Assembly (NCBI RefSeq): GCF_055900595.2
Contig: NZ_CM148325.1
Strand: one strand, 5' to 3'
DNA length: 64,000 nucleotides
Both the position numbers and the translations under genes were made by a program. Positions 37,147-49,962 of this stretch are shown here, one piece after another (the first letter of the stretch is position 1; each line of letters opens with the position of its first letter). The notes beneath the pieces were generated by a model, which ran no database searches, was not told where the DNA came from, and saw only the letters and a list, made by a program, of their open reading frames with translations.

Positions 37147-39600
37147 ATGAGCACTGATAAAGAAACTTTTGCGCTATATTGCGAAGCTAAAAATGACAAA
37201 GTCAGAAAACGCCTTGGGATTAAAGGTGGTTTTTACTGGACTACAGCAAAAAAATTATCTGTTGCCATCTCCCGCTGCATTACCGCAATGGATGATAACG
37301 ATTATGATGAAGACGACTTTAAAAAACCTGTTCGCGTCCATTTGCCCGTTGTTGATGACCTTCCACCGGAAGGCGTGTTTGATACCGAATTCTGTAACCG
37401 GTATGAAAAAGGCGGCGAAGATGGCATCACAATGATATTTATCGCGCCTCCGCCATCCGCGCAGGACAAACCAGCCAGCACTGACAACACCAATGTTAAT
37501 GGCGAAGACATGACTGAGATTGAGGAGAATATGCTTCTGCCGGTTTCAGGTCAGATTCTGCCTGTTCGCTGGCTGGCGCAACACAGCGGCGAAAAACCAG
37601 TAACGCACGTTTCGCGGGATGAACTGCGCTCATTACATAACGCACAGGAAGAAAAACTTCCCGCCGTTACCGCGCTGGCCATCTCAAATAAAGCAGCGCA
37701 ACTCGAACCGCTGGAGATTCGGGATTTGTACAAACTGGTGCGGGACACTGACAAAGTTTTTCCCGCCCCCGTAAATTCAGACCTGGGACTGATGACCTCC
37801 TTCATCGAAGCATACCTGGACGCTGACTACACTGATCGTGGTCTGCTTACAAAAGAGTGGATGAAAGGAAATCGTGTTTCTCGCATCAGTCGCACACCAT
37901 CCGGCGCTAACGCTGGCGGCGGTATTCTTACCGATCGCGGCGAAGGTTTTGTGCATGATAATGCGTCAATGGCATTCGATGTTGCTACAGGAAAACTGGC
38001 TCGTTCGATGGATGTGGATATTTACAACATGCATCCTTCACATACCAGACGTGTTAACGAAATTATCGCAGAAAATGATCCCTGTTTCTCCGTCTTCCTT
38101 AAGGCTTTTCTGAACATGCCAGGCGGGATGGATTATTCCCGCGCCATCGTGGTTGCCTCCGTGAAAGAAGCACCGGTTGGTATAGAGGCTATGCCCCACC
38201 GCGTCACCGAATACCTGAATAAAGTGCTGACCGAAACCGATCATGCCAACCCTGATCCGGAAATCGTGGATATTGCCTGCGGTCGTTCCTCTGCCCCAAT
38301 GCCGCAGCGTGTAACAGAAGAAGGAAAACAGGATGATGAAGAAAAACCGCAACCGTCTGGCGCAATGGCAGATGAACAGCCAACGACTGAAACAGTGGAA
38401 CCGGATACAACTGAACATCATCCGGACACGCAGCCGCTGGATGCTCAGCCGCAGGTGAATTCTGTTGATGCGAAATATCAGAAACTGCGGGCAGAACTCC
38501 ATGAATCCCGGAAAAACATTCCGCCCCAAAATCCTGTCGACGAAGACAAATTGCTGGCAACCTCTGGCGGAGAATTTGCTGAAGGGATTAGCGACCCGAA
38601 TGATCCGAAATGGGTGAAGGGGATTGAAACCCGCGATTCTGTGAACCAGAACCAGCAAGAATCGGAACAGAACGACCAGAAAGCGGAAAAAAACAGCCAA
38701 AATGCGTTACAAAACGAGCCAGAAACGAAACAATCCGAACCAGTAGCGCAACAGGAACCGGAAAAAGTCTGCACCATCTGCGGTCAGAGCGGTGTCGGCA
38801 ACTGTCCTGATTGTGGCGTGGTGATGGGCGACGCAACATACCAGGAAATGTTCGATGAAGATAATCAGCCTGAAGTTCAGGAAAATGATCCAGAGGAAAT
38901 GGAAGGCTCTGCGCATCAGAACAAGGAGAACTCTGGCGGCAATCAGCATCATGCCAGCGATAGTGAAACTGGCGAGACGGCAAATCCCTTAATTAAGATA
39001 ACCAGTCATCACAAATATAAGTCCACAAGCAAAACGTGGTATCACCTGATGATCGACCTTGAAACAATGGGAACCAACACCAATGCACCCATAGTAGTTA
39101 TTGGTGCGGTTTTCTTCGACCCGGAAACAGGGGAAATCGGGCCGGTATTTTATATCGTTATCAGCCTGACTGACGCAATGAATACAGGGGCTGTTCCTGA
39201 TGGTGGCACCATCGAATGGTGGCTGAAGCAGTCCAGCGAAGCCAGAGCTGCCATTTTAACTGACCAGGTAAAAATGAAAGATGCCCTTTTGCGTTTTCGG
39301 GAATTCGTCAATGAACACTCTGATGAAAAATTCGTTCAGGTGTGGGGTAATGGCGCAACGTTCGATAACGCAATTTTGCGCACCTCATACGAACGTCTGG
39401 ACATCCCCTGTCCGTGGCATTACAGCAACGATCGTGATGTACGCACAATCGTTGAGATGGGGAAAATCACAGACTTCAATGCCAGAAGCGTAATTCCATT
39501 CGAAGGCGTGCGCCATAATGCTCTGGATGACGCTCTTCACCAGGCAAAATACGTAACAGCCGCTATACAAAAACTGATCCCGAATCAGGCTGATTTTTAA
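37147..39600 (+). CDS. RecE-like N-terminal region fused to C-terminal DEDDh 3'-5' exonuclease domain
   Basis: 817-aa ORF; N-terminal ~590 aa recalled as similar to the non-catalytic part of Rac RecE ([17 protein letters not shown]...); C-terminus has Exo I (MIDLETMG), Exo II ([12 protein letters not shown]), Exo III (HNALDDALH) motifs. Confidence 0.7.
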   Translation: MSTDKETFALYCEAKNDKVRKRLGIKGGFYWTTAKKLSVAISRCITAMDDNDYDEDDFKKPVRVHLPVVDDLPPEGVFDTEFCNRYEKGGEDGITMIFIAPPPSAQDKPASTDNTNVNGEDMTEIEENMLLPVSGQILPVRWLAQHSGEKPVTHVSRDELRSLHNAQEEKLPAVTALAISNKAAQLEPLEIRDLYKLVRDTDKVFPAPVNSDLGLMTSFIEAYLDADYTDRGLLTKEWMKGNRVSRISRTPSGANAGGGILTDRGEGFVHDNASMAFDVATGKLARSMDVDIYNMHPSHTRRVNEIIAENDPCFSVFLKAFLNMPGGMDYSRAIVVASVKEAPVGIEAMPHRVTEYLNKVLTETDHANPDPEIVDIACGRSSAPMPQRVTEEGKQDDEEKPQPSGAMADEQPTTETVEPDTTEHHPDTQPLDAQPQVNSVDAKYQKLRAELHESRKNIPPQNPVDEDKLLATSGGEFAEGISDPNDPKWVKGIETRDSVNQNQQESEQNDQKAEKNSQNALQNEPETKQSEPVAQQEPEKVCTICGQSGVGNCPDCGVVMGDATYQEMFDEDNQPEVQENDPEEMEGSAHQNKENSGGNQHHASDSETGETANPLIKITSHHKYKSTSKTWYHLMIDLETMGTNTNAPIVVIGAVFFDPETGEIGPVFYIVISLTDAMNTGAVPDGGTIEWWLKQSSEARAAILTDQVKMKDALLRFREFVNEHSDEKFVQVWGNGATFDNAILRTSYERLDIPCPWHYSNDRDVRTIVEMGKITDFNARSVIPFEGVRHNALDDALHQAKYVTAAIQKLIPNQADF

Positions 39601-39664
39601 TGTTCAACCCCGGTCGTCGCCCACCGGCTATAGTGGCGGCGACCATGATTAGCGAACGACGCTC

Positions 39665-39913
39665 ATGGCAAGACTTATTCTGCTCACTGAGTGGGCAAAA
39701 GAGGAATTCAGTGAACCGGTCCCTAGTCCGGGTACGTTAAGTAAATACGCTAAAGCCGGAATGATATTTCCTCTCCCCAAAAAAGTAGGAAGGCACTGGC
39801 GAGTGGATCCACGCGCTCGCTTTGTCGGAATGGTAAACAAGCCGGAGGTGATCGCCACAGATCACCCTGCTTTGAAGAGGATACTGGAAGATGGCGCGCC
39901 CGCGAAAATATAA
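39665..39913 (+). CDS. xis: excisionase (Xis)
   Basis: 82-aa ORF overlapping the int start; motif resembles lambda Xis. Confidence 0.75.
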   Translation: MARLILLTEWAKEEFSEPVPSPGTLSKYAKAGMIFPLPKKVGRHWRVDPRARFVGMVNKPEVIATDHPALKRILEDGAPAKI

Positions 39914-41021
39914 AACCGATGTTCCGGGTTTATCTCCGTATTTTGACAAAAGAAATAACAAAGTTTACTGGCGTTACAGGCATCCCATCACAGGTAAAAA
40001 TCATGGACTCGGCAGTATTGACCAGAAACTGGCGGAAACCATTGCAGCAGAAGCGAACAGCCGTCTTGCCAGACAACAAATGGAGCAAATGCTCAGTCTG
40101 CAGGAGAAAATTATTAGTGATACCGGCGGCGCATCAACCGTTTCCATTTTTCTGAATAATTACAGAAAAATTCAACAGGAAAGATATGAGAACGGAGAGA
40201 TCAAACTCAGCACGCTGAAGCAAAAAGCGGCTCCTCTCAGGGTGTTTGATGAACGTTTTGGAGCCAGGCCGCTAGATGCCATAACCGTAAAAGATGTGGT
40301 ATCGGTGCTGGAAGAATACAAGGCAAAGGGACATAACAGAATGGGACAAATTTTCAGGAAGGTATTGATCGATGTTTTCCGGGAGGCTCAACAAACGGGT
40401 GATGTTCCGCCAGGCTTTAACCCGGCTGAATCGGCAAAAAAACCGCAAGTGCGGATATCAAGACAGCGACTGACTTTTGATGAGTGGATGATGATTTATA
40501 ACGCAGCGGAAAAGGATGGTTACTTTTTACAGCGCGGCATGCTGCTGGCACTGATGACGGGCCAGCGTCTTTCGGATATTTGCAAAATGCAGTTTTCGGA
40601 TATCCGGGATGGTTACCTTCATGTCGAACAGCAAAAAACAGGAGCCCGGATAGCCATTCCTCTGGCTCTGCGTTGCGACAAATTAAATCTTACCCTGGGT
40701 GACGTGGTGTCATCCTGTCGTGATTACATCCTTAGTCCGTGGTTATTGCACCATCATCACGCTAAGGGGATGGGTAAGCGCGGCGGGATGGTTAAACCAG
40801 CAACATTAACAGTCGCATTTAAAAAAGCCCGGGATTCTGTGGATTACAACTGGCGTGCTAATGGCACGCCACCCTCTTTCCATGAGCAAAGATCTTTATC
40901 AGAACGATTGTTCAGAGAACAGGGAATTGATACCAAAATTTTGCTGGGCCATTCGAATCAAAAAATGACCGATATTTACAACGACGCACGCGGTAAAGAG
41001 TGGAAAAAACTGGTTATTTGA
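39891..41021 (+). CDS. int: tyrosine integrase (lambda Int family)
   Basis: 376-aa ORF; N-terminal arm-binding-like region; C-terminal catalytic region (...LLGHSNQKMTDIY) ; att junction immediately downstream. Confidence 0.9.
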   Translation: MARPRKYKTDVPGLSPYFDKRNNKVYWRYRHPITGKNHGLGSIDQKLAETIAAEANSRLARQQMEQMLSLQEKIISDTGGASTVSIFLNNYRKIQQERYENGEIKLSTLKQKAAPLRVFDERFGARPLDAITVKDVVSVLEEYKAKGHNRMGQIFRKVLIDVFREAQQTGDVPPGFNPAESAKKPQVRISRQRLTFDEWMMIYNAAEKDGYFLQRGMLLALMTGQRLSDICKMQFSDIRDGYLHVEQQKTGARIAIPLALRCDKLNLTLGDVVSSCRDYILSPWLLHHHHAKGMGKRGGMVKPATLTVAFKKARDSVDYNWRANGTPPSFHEQRSLSERLFREQGIDTKILLGHSNQKMTDIYNDARGKEWKKLVI

Positions 41022-41066
41022 TAACCAGTTTTGCAGAAGAGTTTTGCAGAGGTTTTGCAGAGAAAA
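40995..41066. promoter_or_regulatory. prophage attachment junction next to ompW
   Basis: Perfect palindrome AAACTGGTTAT-TTG-ATAACCAGTTT spanning the int stop; three tandem TTTTGCAGA(A/G)G repeats; ompW stop at 41067. Confidence 0.55.
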
Positions 41067-41705
41067 TTAGAAGCGGTATCCGGCAGAGAACATAAACACC
41101 CACGGATCCAGTCGTACCGCGTCTTTCACGGGGGTTCCATTAAATTTATAGCTGGCGGTGGTGTCGATATCCATGTACCAGACTGACATGTTCACCAACC
41201 AGTCACGGTTAATCAGATAATCAACCCCCACCTGCCCGGCAGCTCCCCAGGAGTCTTTCAGACTGAGATCGGAAAGTCCCGCCTCTTTGCCATGATCGTT
41301 GAATCCATTATCAAAGAAGGTGGTGTAGTTAATACCTGCCCCAACGTAAGGACGGAATTTGCTGCTGGCATCACCAAAATACCACTGCGCCATCAGTGTT
41401 GGCGGCAGATGATGAACGGTTGCAATATCGCCGGTCGCCCGGGTGCCGATTTTATGGCGGAACGGCGTCGCTGCCAGCAATTCCACACCAATGTTATCGG
41501 TCGCCATATAAGTAAACGTCAGGCCCAGTTGCGTGTTATTGGTCACGCTGAATCCACCCAGACTTCCTAACGTACCACCAGCACCTTCTGTTGGACGTAC
41601 GGTTGCAGAACCTGCACGCATAAAAAATTCGCCTGCTTCATGCGCAAAGGCACTGCCAGAGAGAAGAGTTGTTACTGCCAAAGCCGCCACTGTTAACTTT
41701 TTCAT
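41067..41705 (-). CDS. ompW: outer membrane protein W
   Basis: 212-aa product MKKLTVAALAVTTLLSGSAFA...SAGYRF (C-terminal Phe); ORF-track start extended upstream. Confidence 0.95.
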   Translation of the reverse strand: MKKLTVAALAVTTLLSGSAFAHEAGEFFMRAGSATVRPTEGAGGTLGSLGGFSVTNNTQLGLTFTYMATDNIGVELLAATPFRHKIGTRATGDIATVHHLPPTLMAQWYFGDASSKFRPYVGAGINYTTFFDNGFNDHGKEAGLSDLSLKDSWGAAGQVGVDYLINRDWLVNMSVWYMDIDTTASYKFNGTPVKDAVRLDPWVFMFSAGYRF

Positions 41706-42061
41706 ATCCGCTCCGTCGTTATGGTTATAAAAACGTGACGAATATACCCACATTGGAGTAACAAATGATCCTACATAGATCACATTACATATGATAATTC
41801 ACCCTTTATTGATCTGGATTAATTTAGAAGTTGCACTGGAAATCCTGGTTAATGTGATTTAAATCAATTTTTAAATATTTTCGCTACGCAAATATTAACT
41901 CGCTCGCCACTTGCAGCGGTTTGCCCACGCCTGAAGGCCAGCAATTACCTCCGCTTTACAAAGATATGCTTTTCCATACAAGACCTGATGCTGCCACCCG
42001 AGGCTTAACCAGGGTACAATTGCCCGCTAATTAACACCTGCATAAAACTCAAGGAGAGTGC

Positions 42062-42805
42062 ATGTCTATCACGGCGCAGTCCGTATACCGTGACACCGGA
42101 AATTTCTTCCGTAATCAATTTATGACCATTCTGTTGGTATCGTTGCTATGTGCGTTTATCACAGTGGTGTTAGGGCATGTTTTCTCACCCAGTGATGCAC
42201 AGCTTGCACAGCTCAATGACGGCGTGCCCGTTAGCGGCAGTAGTGGGTTGTTCGACCTGGTGCAGAATATGTCACCGGAACAGCAACAAATTTTGCTGCA
42301 GGCTTCAGCGGCGTCCACTTTTTCAGGATTAATCGGTAACGCCATTCTCGCCGGAGGCGTAATATTAATTATCCAGCTGGTGTCTGCGGGTCAGAGAGTC
42401 AGTGCGCTTCGAGCTATTGGTGCCAGTGCGCCGATATTGCCAAAGTTATTTATTCTGATTTTTCTGACTACCCTTTTAGTACAGATTGGCATCATGCTGG
42501 TGGTCGTTCCGGGAATTATCATGGCCATTTTACTGGCTCTGGCACCGGTGATGTTGGTACAGGACAAAATGGGCATTTTTGCCTCGATGCGCAGCAGTAT
42601 GCGGCTGACATGGGCGAATATGCGTCTGGTGGCACCCGCGGTACTGAGCTTGTTGCTGGCAAAAACACTATTGCTACTTTTTGCCTCTTCTTTTGCCGCA
42701 TTAACCCCGGAAATTGGTGCCGTACTGGCGAACACCTTGAGCAATCTGATTTCAGCCGTACTGCTCATCTATCTGTTCCGCCTGTATATGTTGATTCGCC
42801 AATAA
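42062..42805 (+). CDS. yciC: inner membrane protein YciC
   Basis: 247-aa polytopic membrane protein; conserved ompW-yciCBA-tonB synteny. Confidence 0.9.
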   Translation: MSITAQSVYRDTGNFFRNQFMTILLVSLLCAFITVVLGHVFSPSDAQLAQLNDGVPVSGSSGLFDLVQNMSPEQQQILLQASAASTFSGLIGNAILAGGVILIIQLVSAGQRVSALRAIGASAPILPKLFILIFLTTLLVQIGIMLVVVPGIIMAILLALAPVMLVQDKMGIFASMRSSMRLTWANMRLVAPAVLSLLLAKTLLLLFASSFAALTPEIGAVLANTLSNLISAVLLIYLFRLYMLIRQ

Positions 42806-42834
42806 CCTTAAGCATTTGATTACGGAATCGTAAA

Positions 42835-43374
42835 ATGAAGCAGTTTCTTGATTTTTTACCGCTGGTTGTTTTTTTCGCGTTTTACAAGATTTATGACATC
42901 TATGCGGCTACTGCGGCGCTGATCGTCGCCACGGCGATTGTGCTTATATATAGCTGGGTTCGCTTTCGTAAGGTTGAGAAGATGGCCCTGATCACTTTTG
43001 TTCTGGTGGTCGTCTTCGGTGGCTTGACGCTGTTCTTCCACAATGATGAGTTTATTAAATGGAAGGTTACTGTCATTTATGCCCTGTTTGCAGGTGCCCT
43101 GTTAGTCAGCCAATGGGTGATGAAAAAGCCGCTAATTCAGCGGATGCTGGGTAAAGAACTCACGCTGCCGCAACCGGTATGGTCGAAGCTGAATCTGGCC
43201 TGGGCTGTTTTCTTTATCCTTTGCGGTCTGGCAAACATCTACATCGCATTCTGGCTGCCGCAAAATATTTGGGTCAACTTTAAAGTGTTTGGCCTGACCG
43301 CTCTTACCTTAATCTTCACATTGTTAAGCGGTATCTATATCTACCGCCACATGCCGCAGGAAGATAAATCCTAA
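42835..43374 (+). CDS. yciB: intracellular septation protein YciB
   Basis: 179-aa membrane protein; synteny. Confidence 0.9.
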   Translation: MKQFLDFLPLVVFFAFYKIYDIYAATAALIVATAIVLIYSWVRFRKVEKMALITFVLVVVFGGLTLFFHNDEFIKWKVTVIYALFAGALLVSQWVMKKPLIQRMLGKELTLPQPVWSKLNLAWAVFFILCGLANIYIAFWLPQNIWVNFKVFGLTALTLIFTLLSGIYIYRHMPQEDKS

Positions 43375-43478
43375 CCAGACTGCCAGTCCTTCGGGGCTGG
43401 CACTGTATCTCCTCTGTTCTCCTCAGGAAAATCATAGTAGCATCGCGCCTGTGATTTTCCTTTTAAGTCGGTTTTACC

Positions 43479-43877
43479 ATGTCTACAACACATAACGTCC
43501 CTCAGGGCGATCTTGTTTTACGTACTTTAGCCATGCCCGCCGATACCAATGCCAATGGTGACATCTTTGGTGGTTGGTTAATGTCACAAATGGATATTGG
43601 CGGCGCTATTCTGGCGAAAGAAATTGCGCACGGTCGCGTAGTGACCGTGCGGGTTGAAGGAATGACTTTCTTACGACCGGTTGCGGTCGGCGATGTGGTG
43701 TGCTGCTATGCACGCTGTGTCCAGAAAGGGACGACATCGGTCAGCATTAATATTGAAGTGTGGGTGAAAAAAGTCGCGTCTGAACCCATCGGGCAACGCT
43801 ATAAAGCGACAGAAGCATTATTTAAGTATGTCGCGGTTGATCCTGAAGGAAAACCTCGCGCCTTACCTGTTGAGTAA
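43479..43877 (+). CDS. yciA: acyl-CoA thioesterase YciA
   Basis: 132-aa hotdog-fold protein; synteny. Confidence 0.9.
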   Translation: MSTTHNVPQGDLVLRTLAMPADTNANGDIFGGWLMSQMDIGGAILAKEIAHGRVVTVRVEGMTFLRPVAVGDVVCCYARCVQKGTTSVSINIEVWVKKVASEPIGQRYKATEALFKYVAVDPEGKPRALPVE

Positions 43878-43883
43878 TAGTCA

Positions 43884-43907
43884 AAAGCCTCCGGTCGGAG
43901 GCTTTTG
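43884..43907. terminator. bidirectional intrinsic terminator between yciA and tonB
   Basis: AAAAGCCTCCGGTCGGAGGCTTTT hairpin flanked by A/T runs. Confidence 0.8.
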
Positions 43908-43916
43908 ACTTTCTGC

Positions 43917-44636
43917 TTACTGAATTTCGGTGGTGCCGTTAATTTTAAACAGGATATTCACCACAATCCCACTGCCTGGCTTACCCGGCTCATAACGCCA
44001 TCTGCGCATCGCATTTTTCACCTCACGCTCAAACATGTTCGCAGGCTTGGCTGAGAGGATTTGCACGTTATCCACGCGACCATCCGGCGTGACATCAAAT
44101 TTAACTTTAACCTGCCCTTCAATGCGCAATGCCTGTGCTCGTGCCGGATACTGCGGCTGATTGCGACTTAATGCGCGTGGTCCTGAAGCCACACTTGTAA
44201 CCGGCTTGCTGGTTGCAGCCGTCGCCGTACTTGATGTCGGGCGCGCGGGTGCCGTATTTTCAAACGGTGATGCCGGACGCGATTCTACGGGTTTGACATC
44301 GCGTTTTGGCTGCTCCTGTACCTTTTTCACCGGCTTCGGTTTTGGCTTAGGTTTCGGCTTAGGCTTTTCAATGACCACCGGTGCTTCTTTTGGCGGTTCA
44401 GGGATCGGCTCAGGTTCCGGTTCTGGCTCTACCACCGGCTCCGGTGGCGGCTGAACGGCTTGTGGCGGTTCGAGATCCGCAGGCGCAACCATCGTGACAG
44501 AAATTGGCTGCGCAGGCGCAGGTAGTTCAATAACCTGATGTACCGAGGTATAGAGCAGACCCGCCACAACAGCACCATGAATGCAGACCGAAAGTAACGT
44601 CGGCCAGGGGAAGCGGCGAGGTAAATCAAGGGTCAT
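43917..44636 (-). CDS. tonB: TonB energy transducer
   Basis: 239-aa product [21 protein letters not shown]..., Pro-rich (EP)n/(KP)n spacer, conserved C-terminal domain. Confidence 0.95.
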   Translation of the reverse strand: MTLDLPRRFPWPTLLSVCIHGAVVAGLLYTSVHQVIELPAPAQPISVTMVAPADLEPPQAVQPPPEPVVEPEPEPEPIPEPPKEAPVVIEKPKPKPKPKPKPVKKVQEQPKRDVKPVESRPASPFENTAPARPTSSTATAATSKPVTSVASGPRALSRNQPQYPARAQALRIEGQVKVKFDVTPDGRVDNVQILSAKPANMFEREVKNAMRRWRYEPGKPGSGIVVNILFKINGTTEIQ

Positions 44637-44859
44637 TGAAGTCATAATCATTTCAGTAGAAAAACCAGGCCTCGATTTTAAATGCAAATAGCAATCATAT
44701 TCAATAAGGCAAGACGATCAGGATCAGTGAAAATGTCATTTTTGGCGTAATTGACCTTACTTTATGCATGGTCTTAACAAAGACATCATCTTTCCGTTGC
44801 AGATCTTCGCCCTTTCAAATAACGTACTTTACAACTTTCCCGAACAAGGAGTTGTGCCC

Positions 44860-45156
44860 GTGTTGTATGTTATTTACGCTCAAGACAAAGCTGATAGCCT
44901 CGAAAAACGCCTTTCCGTTCGTCCGGCACATTTAGCACGTTTACAGTTACTGCATGATGAAGGTCGATTGTTGACCGCCGGTCCAATGCCAGCAGTAGAC
45001 AGTAACGATCCAGGGGCTGCGGGATTTACTGGCTCAACCGTTATTGCTGAATTTGAATCGCTGGAAGCAGCTCAGGCCTGGGCCGATGCTGACCCGTACG
45101 TAGCGGCAGGAGTCTATGAACACGTTTCAGTGAAACCATTTAAGAAAGTGTTCTGA
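44860..45156 (+). CDS. yciI: YciI-like protein
   Basis: 98 aa from GTG start (M)LYVIYAQDK...; synteny. Confidence 0.85.
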
Positions 45157-45456
45157 ATAGAGATTCAATATTTAAGGGCACGGTTTTAGCAACCGTGTTC
45201 TAGTTTGGCCTTTCCTTATAGGTCGGTCAGTGCATTCACCCCCACAAGCAGATAATAACTTTATCTGTATTTCTTTATATGATGTGAGCATATTCAGGAA
45301 AAATGCCCTTTCCTGACGCAGAGTTGCTCACTCAAAACCTTTGATTACTTCAGATAAAGTCATCTACTATTGTTTAACACATTCACGCGCTGCATGTATG
45401 TTCAGAAAATGTGCACGTTGAGATAATTAAACAAAATTGTGGTTACAGAGGTATCA

Positions 45457-46710
45457 GTGAGTCACTGGACTACATTCAAACAAACAGCAACAAATTTATG
45501 GGTGACCCTACGGCACGACATTCTCGCGCTGGCCGTCTTTTTAAATGGATTGCTCATTTTTAAAACAATCTATGGTATGTCGGTCAATTTGCTTGATATT
45601 TTCCATATCAAAGCCTTTTCAGAGTTAGATCTCTCCTTGCTGGCAAATGCCCCACTCTTTATGCTCGGCGTCTTTCTTGTCCTCAACTCCATTGGCTTAC
45701 TGTTCCGGGCAAAGCTCGCATGGGCAATCAGTATCATTTTGTTGTTGATAGCGCTAATTTACACCCTGCATTTTTATCCCTGGCTGAAATTTAGTATTGG
45801 ATTTTGCATTTTTACGCTGGTGTTTTTGCTGATACTGCGCAAAGACTTCTCCCACAGTAGCGCCGCAGCCGGGACAATTTTCGCATTTATTAGTTTCACG
45901 ACGTTACTGTTTTACTCCACCTACGGTGCGCTTTATTTAAGCGAAGGTTTTAATCCGCGAATAGAAAGTTTGATGACCGCGTTCTATTTTTCGATAGAAA
46001 CCATGTCAACCGTCGGCTATGGCGATGTTGTCCCTGTTTCTGAATCAGCACGATTGTTCACTATTTCGGTCATTATTTCCGGCATTACCGTTTTTGCCAC
46101 CTCCATGACTTCAATTTTTGGTCCGCTTATCCGCGGGGGATTCAACAAACTTGTAAAAGGAAACAATCATACAATGCATCGTAAAGATCATTTTATTGTT
46201 TGCGGGCATTCGATTCTCGCCATCAATACGATTCTGCAACTGAATCAACGCGGACAAAATGTAACGGTTATCAGCAACTTGCCTGAAGATGATATTAAGC
46301 AACTTGAGCAACGCTTAGGTGATAACGCTGATGTTATCCCCGGTGACAGTAATGACAGTTCAGTATTAAAGAAAGCAGGAATCGATCGATGCCGGGCCAT
46401 TCTGGCGCTGAGTGATAACGATGCTGATAACGCGTTTGTTGTACTATCGGCAAAAGATATGAGCAGTGATGTCAAAACAGTTCTCGCCGTCAGTGATAGC
46501 AAAAACCTTAATAAGATTAAGATGGTACATCCGGATATTATTCTCTCGCCGCAACTGTTTGGCAGCGAAATTCTGGCGCGGGTCTTAAATGGTGAAGAGA
46601 TTAATAATGATATGCTCGTTTCAATGTTGTTGAACTCCGGTCATGGCATTTTCAGCGATAACGATGAACAAGAAACGAAAACTGACAGCAAAGAATCGGC
46701 GCAAAAATAG
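45457..46710 (+). CDS. kch: voltage-gated potassium channel Kch
   Basis: Probable GTG start giving (M)SHWTTFKQT...; selectivity filter TVGYGD; RCK/TrkA-N domain. Confidence 0.9.
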   Translation: MSHWTTFKQTATNLWVTLRHDILALAVFLNGLLIFKTIYGMSVNLLDIFHIKAFSELDLSLLANAPLFMLGVFLVLNSIGLLFRAKLAWAISIILLLIALIYTLHFYPWLKFSIGFCIFTLVFLLILRKDFSHSSAAAGTIFAFISFTTLLFYSTYGALYLSEGFNPRIESLMTAFYFSIETMSTVGYGDVVPVSESARLFTISVIISGITVFATSMTSIFGPLIRGGFNKLVKGNNHTMHRKDHFIVCGHSILAINTILQLNQRGQNVTVISNLPEDDIKQLEQRLGDNADVIPGDSNDSSVLKKAGIDRCRAILALSDNDADNAFVVLSAKDMSSDVKTVLAVSDSKNLNKIKMVHPDIILSPQLFGSEILARVLNGEEINNDMLVSMLLNSGHGIFSDNDEQETKTDSKESAQK

Positions 46711-46764
46711 AGTTTGAAGACGAAAGGGCAAACTTATTGGGCACCGCAATGGTGCCCAGAACAT

Positions 46765-46938
46765 TTAGATATTGTAGATCGCAAACAATAACGAGTTACG
46801 CTGTTTGTTTAGAATGCACTTCCTGATGCTGTGGATACGCATATTTCGGCGCGACTGCCCCTCAAGCCAACGCGATTTACGTCGGCTAGCCTGACGCTGC
46901 ATGCGCCAGCGCCCCACTTCCGTTCTACTCCGCTTCAT
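46765..46938 (-). CDS. yciY: small protein YciY
   Basis: 57-aa basic protein MKRSRTEVGRWRMQRQASRRKSRW... between kch and cls; ORF-track start extended upstream. Confidence 0.75.
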   Translation of the reverse strand: MKRSRTEVGRWRMQRQASRRKSRWLEGQSRRNMRIHSIRKCILNKQRNSLLFAIYNI

Positions 46939-47080
46939 GTTAACTACTCTATGCAATAACAGAATGGTCATTATACCCCCGACCCCGACGCTGACCAGTG
47001 CTTTTCCCGCGTTTTTATTTGCCAGATGAATCCATATGCGTAAACTCATAACAATGCGCTTTCAAAAGGATTTCTAATCT

Positions 47081-48905
<1,825 letters not shown>

Positions 48906-48926
48906 ATAATCGCTTTCGGCGTGAAA

Positions 48927-48950
48927 AAGGGCTGACAATTGTCAGCCCTT
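48927..48950. terminator. bidirectional intrinsic terminator between yciU and oppF
   Basis: AAGGGCTGACAATTGTCAGCCCTT hairpin followed by T-rich run. Confidence 0.8.
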
Positions 48951-48957
48951 ATTTTGT

Positions 48958-49962
48958 TTAAAGCGGATCGACTTTCAGGCAAGACACGGCGTGTCTGAAA
49001 CTCCCCTCCAGCACAGGACGTGTTTTGGCACACTCTGGACCGGCAATCGGGCAACGGGTACGGAAAACACAACCGGAAGGCGGGTTGATCGGCGACGGTA
49101 ATTCCCCTTCCAGTAACTGGATGGTTTTGTTCTTCTCCAGATCCGGATCAGGTATGGGGACTGCCGACATCAATGCCCTGGTGTAAGGATGTAGTGGATT
49201 GTGATAGACCTCATCATAGGTCCCCAGTTCTACCGCATGGCCGAGATACATCACCAGCACACGATCGGAAATGTGTTTTACCACGGCCAGGTCGTGAGCG
49301 ATAAAAATTAATGACAATCCCATCTCGCGTTGCAGCTGCTGGAGCAGGTTGACCACCTGCGCCTGAATTGACACGTCCAGCGCCGACACCGGCTCATCAC
49401 AGATAATCAGCTTCGGTTCAAGAATAAGAGCACGAGCAATCCCGATACGCTGGCACTGCCCACCAGAGAACTCATGCGGATAGCGGTTAATCAGGTTAGG
49501 CAATAACCCGACTTTCAGCATCATCGCCTTCACGCGCTCGCGAACTTCCTGGCGTGACATTTTCGGATGATAAGTACGCAGTGGTTCAGCGATGATCTCG
49601 CCGATGGTCATACGCGGGTTAAGCGATGCCAATGGATCCTGGAAAATCATCTGAATATCACTGCGAACGGCACGCCATTCATCGGGCTTCATGCCCAGCA
49701 ACTCTTTACCTAACCAGGCAACATGACCGTCGGTCGCTTTAACCAGGCCAATGATGGCGCGAGCAAAGGTGGACTTACCGCATCCCGACTCCCCTACCAC
49801 ACCTAATGTTTCCCCTTCATACAGGCGAAGAGTTACACCATCTACGGCTTTGAGCGTTTTCGGCGGTTGCCAGAACCACTGTTTGCCATCTTTGATTTCA
49901 AAGTGCACTTTCAAATCGGCGATTTCGAGGAGGACTTTTCTTCCTTCGGTTACAGCATTCAT
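48958..49962 (-). CDS. oppF: oligopeptide ABC transporter ATP-binding protein OppF
   Basis: 334 aa; Walker A GESGCGKS, ABC signature LSGGQ, Walker B. Confidence 0.95.
   Translation of the reverse strand: MNAVTEGRKVLLEIADLKVHFEIKDGKQWFWQPPKTLKAVDGVTLRLYEGETLGVVGESGCGKSTFARAIIGLVKATDGHVAWLGKELLGMKPDEWRAVRSDIQMIFQDPLASLNPRMTIGEIIAEPLRTYHPKMSRQEVRERVKAMMLKVGLLPNLINRYPHEFSGGQCQRIGIARALILEPKLIICDEPVSALDVSIQAQVVNLLQQLQREMGLSLIFIAHDLAVVKHISDRVLVMYLGHAVELGTYDEVYHNPLHPYTRALMSAVPIPDPDLEKNKTIQLLEGELPSPINPPSGCVFRTRCPIAGPECAKTRPVLEGSFRHAVSCLKVDPL

Noticed and set aside
38038-38983. Minus-strand ORFs of 99-220 aa
   Set aside because: Antisense to the acidic linker of the RecE-like gene; low-complexity Phe/Arg-rich translations.
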